Positions 61,621 to 64,000 of a stretch of DNA of 64,000 bases are shown here, in pieces; within the stretch, counting starts at the first letter, position 1; each line of letters begins with the position of its first letter. The notes under the pieces are model-generated. The model did not search any database and was not told the DNA's origin. It saw only the letters and a list, made by a program, of their open reading frames with translations. The position numbers and the translations under genes are program-made. This stretch comes from Dendrobates tinctorius (Eukaryota). The DNA lies in NCBI RefSeq assembly GCF_039654945.1, contig NW_027361728.1, positions 48,484,001 to 48,548,000 on the forward strand. The letters run 5' to 3'.

Positions 61621-64000
61621 CAACTATGGCTGAAAGTGTTGGCACCCTTGAAATTATTCCAGAAAATGAAATATTTCTCCCAGAAAATTATTGCAATTGT
61701 AAATGTTATACACATTTTTATTTTCTTTGTGGGTATTGGAACAGCAGAAAAAAAAACAAAAAAAGGCAAATTAGGAATCATTTTACAAAAACCCCCGAGA
61801 GAGGCATGATGTCAGGTTTAAAGTCTCAATAAAAGGGTATGCCTTGTCACTAGCTATTGGGCTCACACAAATTGACCAATTTGTATTTTAAGTACCTGCA
61901 TTTTTTAACATGTTTTCTACAGCAGTAATGCAGTTCCAATTTCATAAATTCAATGTTCGCATGTTACAGTGTTTCAGAGTACAGCATTAATTTAATCATG
62001 TAATGTCTTAGACCAAATAGAAAAGAATTAGCTGGTTAGAAGGACAATGCCACTACTCTGTTGCTTGGTGTCCCAGGACCAGGAGCGACTTTATTGTCCC
62101 TAACGCTAGGGGTGCCATAGCTCTCCCTGTTTCACAGATTACTTCTGATGGTGAAACTGCCATGGCCACATACCTTGCCTTAGCTCCTGTATCTGCCCTC
62201 AGTCTTTACCCTTCCCCCATCCAATGAAGAGGGGAGTAGTAGTGTACCATAATACACCAACTAGATTAACAAGGTAACATGAACAGGGGTAACAAAAAAT
62301 ACCAAACATACAAATAAAATCACACATTTAACAGAGGAATGCACAGAGGATTGGAGGATGGGGTTAAACCAAAGAAGGAGTTAAAAGGAATTCTGAACAA
62401 AAATGTTGGCACTAGTGAGTGTGCGAGTGTGCTCGTTACTTGAGTTTTCCGAGCATGCTCGGTTGTTCTCCGAGTGTCTTGAGCGTGGCTCGTAAATTAT
62501 GGCTTAGTCCCCATAGCTGCATGATTGCTAGACAGCCTGAACACATGCAGGGATGGCCTGTTTGCTAAGGAATCCCCACATGTATTCAGGCTGTCTAGCA
62601 GCCTCAAATCATGCAGCTACGGGGACTCAGACATAATTTAAGGGCACACCCAAGAAACTGGAAGAAGACCCGAGCATGCTCGGAAAACTTGAGTAAAGAG
62701 CACACTCACAGATCACTAGTTGGCACCTTTCCAAATTTTTGAGTAAATAAATTTGTTTCAAGCTATGATGCTCATTCAAACTCATCTTTGACAAGTAACT
62801 GGTGAGGGCAAAATCAAAATCACACTTGAAACCAGATAAAAAGGGAGAAGTTGACTCAATATTGGCATTGTGTGTCTGTGTGCCACACTACGTATGGAGA
62901 AAAGAACTGTCTGAGGACTTGAGAACCGAAATTGTTGAATAATACAATCTCAAGCTTTACAAATCCATCTACAGAAATCTTAAGGTCTCTTTGTCCATGG
63001 TGTGCAACATAATCAGGAGGTTTACAACTCATGGCACTGTAGCTAATCTCCTTGGACATGGTGAGGAGAGAAAAATTGATGAAAAGTTGCAACGCAGGAT
63101 AGTCTGGATGGTGGTAAGCATCAATAATCAAGTTTCAAAGAAATTCAAGCTGTCTTGCAGGCTCAAGATGCATCAGTGTCAGCGTGAACTATCCATCAAT
63201 GTTTGAATGAATTGAAATGCTAAGGCAGTAAACCCAGAAGGACCCCACTGCTGACATAAAAAAGCTTGACTGCAGTTCGTCAAAATTATACATGATTATG
63301 TCAAGATCCTTCTGGGAAAATGTGTTATGGAAATATATGAGCAAGATAGAGCTTTTTGGTAAAGCACATTACTCTACTGCTTAACGAAAACAGAATGAAG
63401 CCTATAAAAAAAGAACATAGTACCTATAGTCAAATATGGTTGAGGTTCAAAAATGTTTTAGGGTTGTTTTGCTGCCTGTGGCACTTGGTTCCATGAATGT
63501 GTGCAAGGCATCATGAAATCTAAAGATTGCTAAATCATTTTGGTTTGCAATGTGGTGCCCAGTGTCAAAAAGCTGGATTTGCATCCCAGGTCATGGGACT
63601 CCCAGCAGGACAATGACCCCAAAAATACATCAAAAAGCATCCAGAAATTAATGGAAACAAAGCACTAGAGAGTTCTGAAGTGGCCAGCAATAAGTCTGGA
63701 TCTAAATTACATTGAACACCTGCGGAGAGATCTTAAAATTGCTGTTGGGAAACAGTACCTTTCAAATATGAGAGACTTTGAGCAAAAAAAGAGTGATCCA
63801 AAATTCCATTTGATAGTTGTAATAAGTTTGCAGATGGTTATAGGAAGTTATTGATTGCAGTTATTTATTTCAAAGGGTGTGCAATTAAAAATATTATGTT
63901 GAGGGTGCCAACAATTTTGTAATGTCCATTTTTGAGGTTTTGTGTGAAATTATGTCCATTTTGCCTTATTTTCTCTGTTTTTCATGTTGTTCCAATACAC
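61621..64000 (+). mobile_element. Decayed Tc1 DD34E element interrupted by filler DNA, an LTR piece and a MITE; runs off the window
   Basis: TA|CAACTATGGCTGAAAGTGTTGGCACCC; internal repeats GTTGGCACC/GGTGCCAAC; QQDNDPK..KWPAISLDLNYIEH at ~63603-63720. Confidence 0.8.
62413..62718. mobile_element. Palindromic hAT MITE
   Basis: TAGTGA...TCACTA termini; perfect 8-bp TSD GTTGGCAC (62405-62412 and 62719-62726). Confidence 0.9.

Overview
Eukaryotic (vertebrate, most likely anuran/frog-type) intergenic or intronic DNA made almost entirely of nested transposable elements. I could not confidently identify any host protein-coding gene, rRNA, tRNA or CRISPR array. From left to right: (1) the 3' end of a chromodomain Gypsy retrotransposon (integrase, PPT, 3' LTR) inserted in a large hAT DNA transposon with a frameshifted BED-finger transposase and internal 123-bp and 173-bp tandem arrays; (2) a 3.3-kb almost fully palindromic non-autonomous hAT element with an 8-bp TSD; (3) CR1, L2 and V-SINE relics, several solo LTRs with TSDs, and hAT, Harbinger and T2 MITEs; (4) two piggyBac-type non-autonomous elements carrying ~385-bp tandem units and telomere-like (CCCTAA) arrays; (5) an 8-kb Penelope-like (Neptune-type RT plus GIY-YIG) retroelement; (6) Tc1/mariner relics including a DD37E (TRT) copy. 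The Penelope-like locus is the most informative part. It has a ~1.9-kb inverted duplication, a 14-bp TSD and minimal hammerhead ribozyme motifs in both arms. It also carries a solo LTR sitting exactly at the stem-loop junction and a Tc1 present in one arm only. Two unique stretches (37.2-38.0 kb and 41.9-43.1 kb) and one candidate non-coding exon (20.8-21.3 kb) remain unexplained. Family names come from motif recognition by eye, not database searches.
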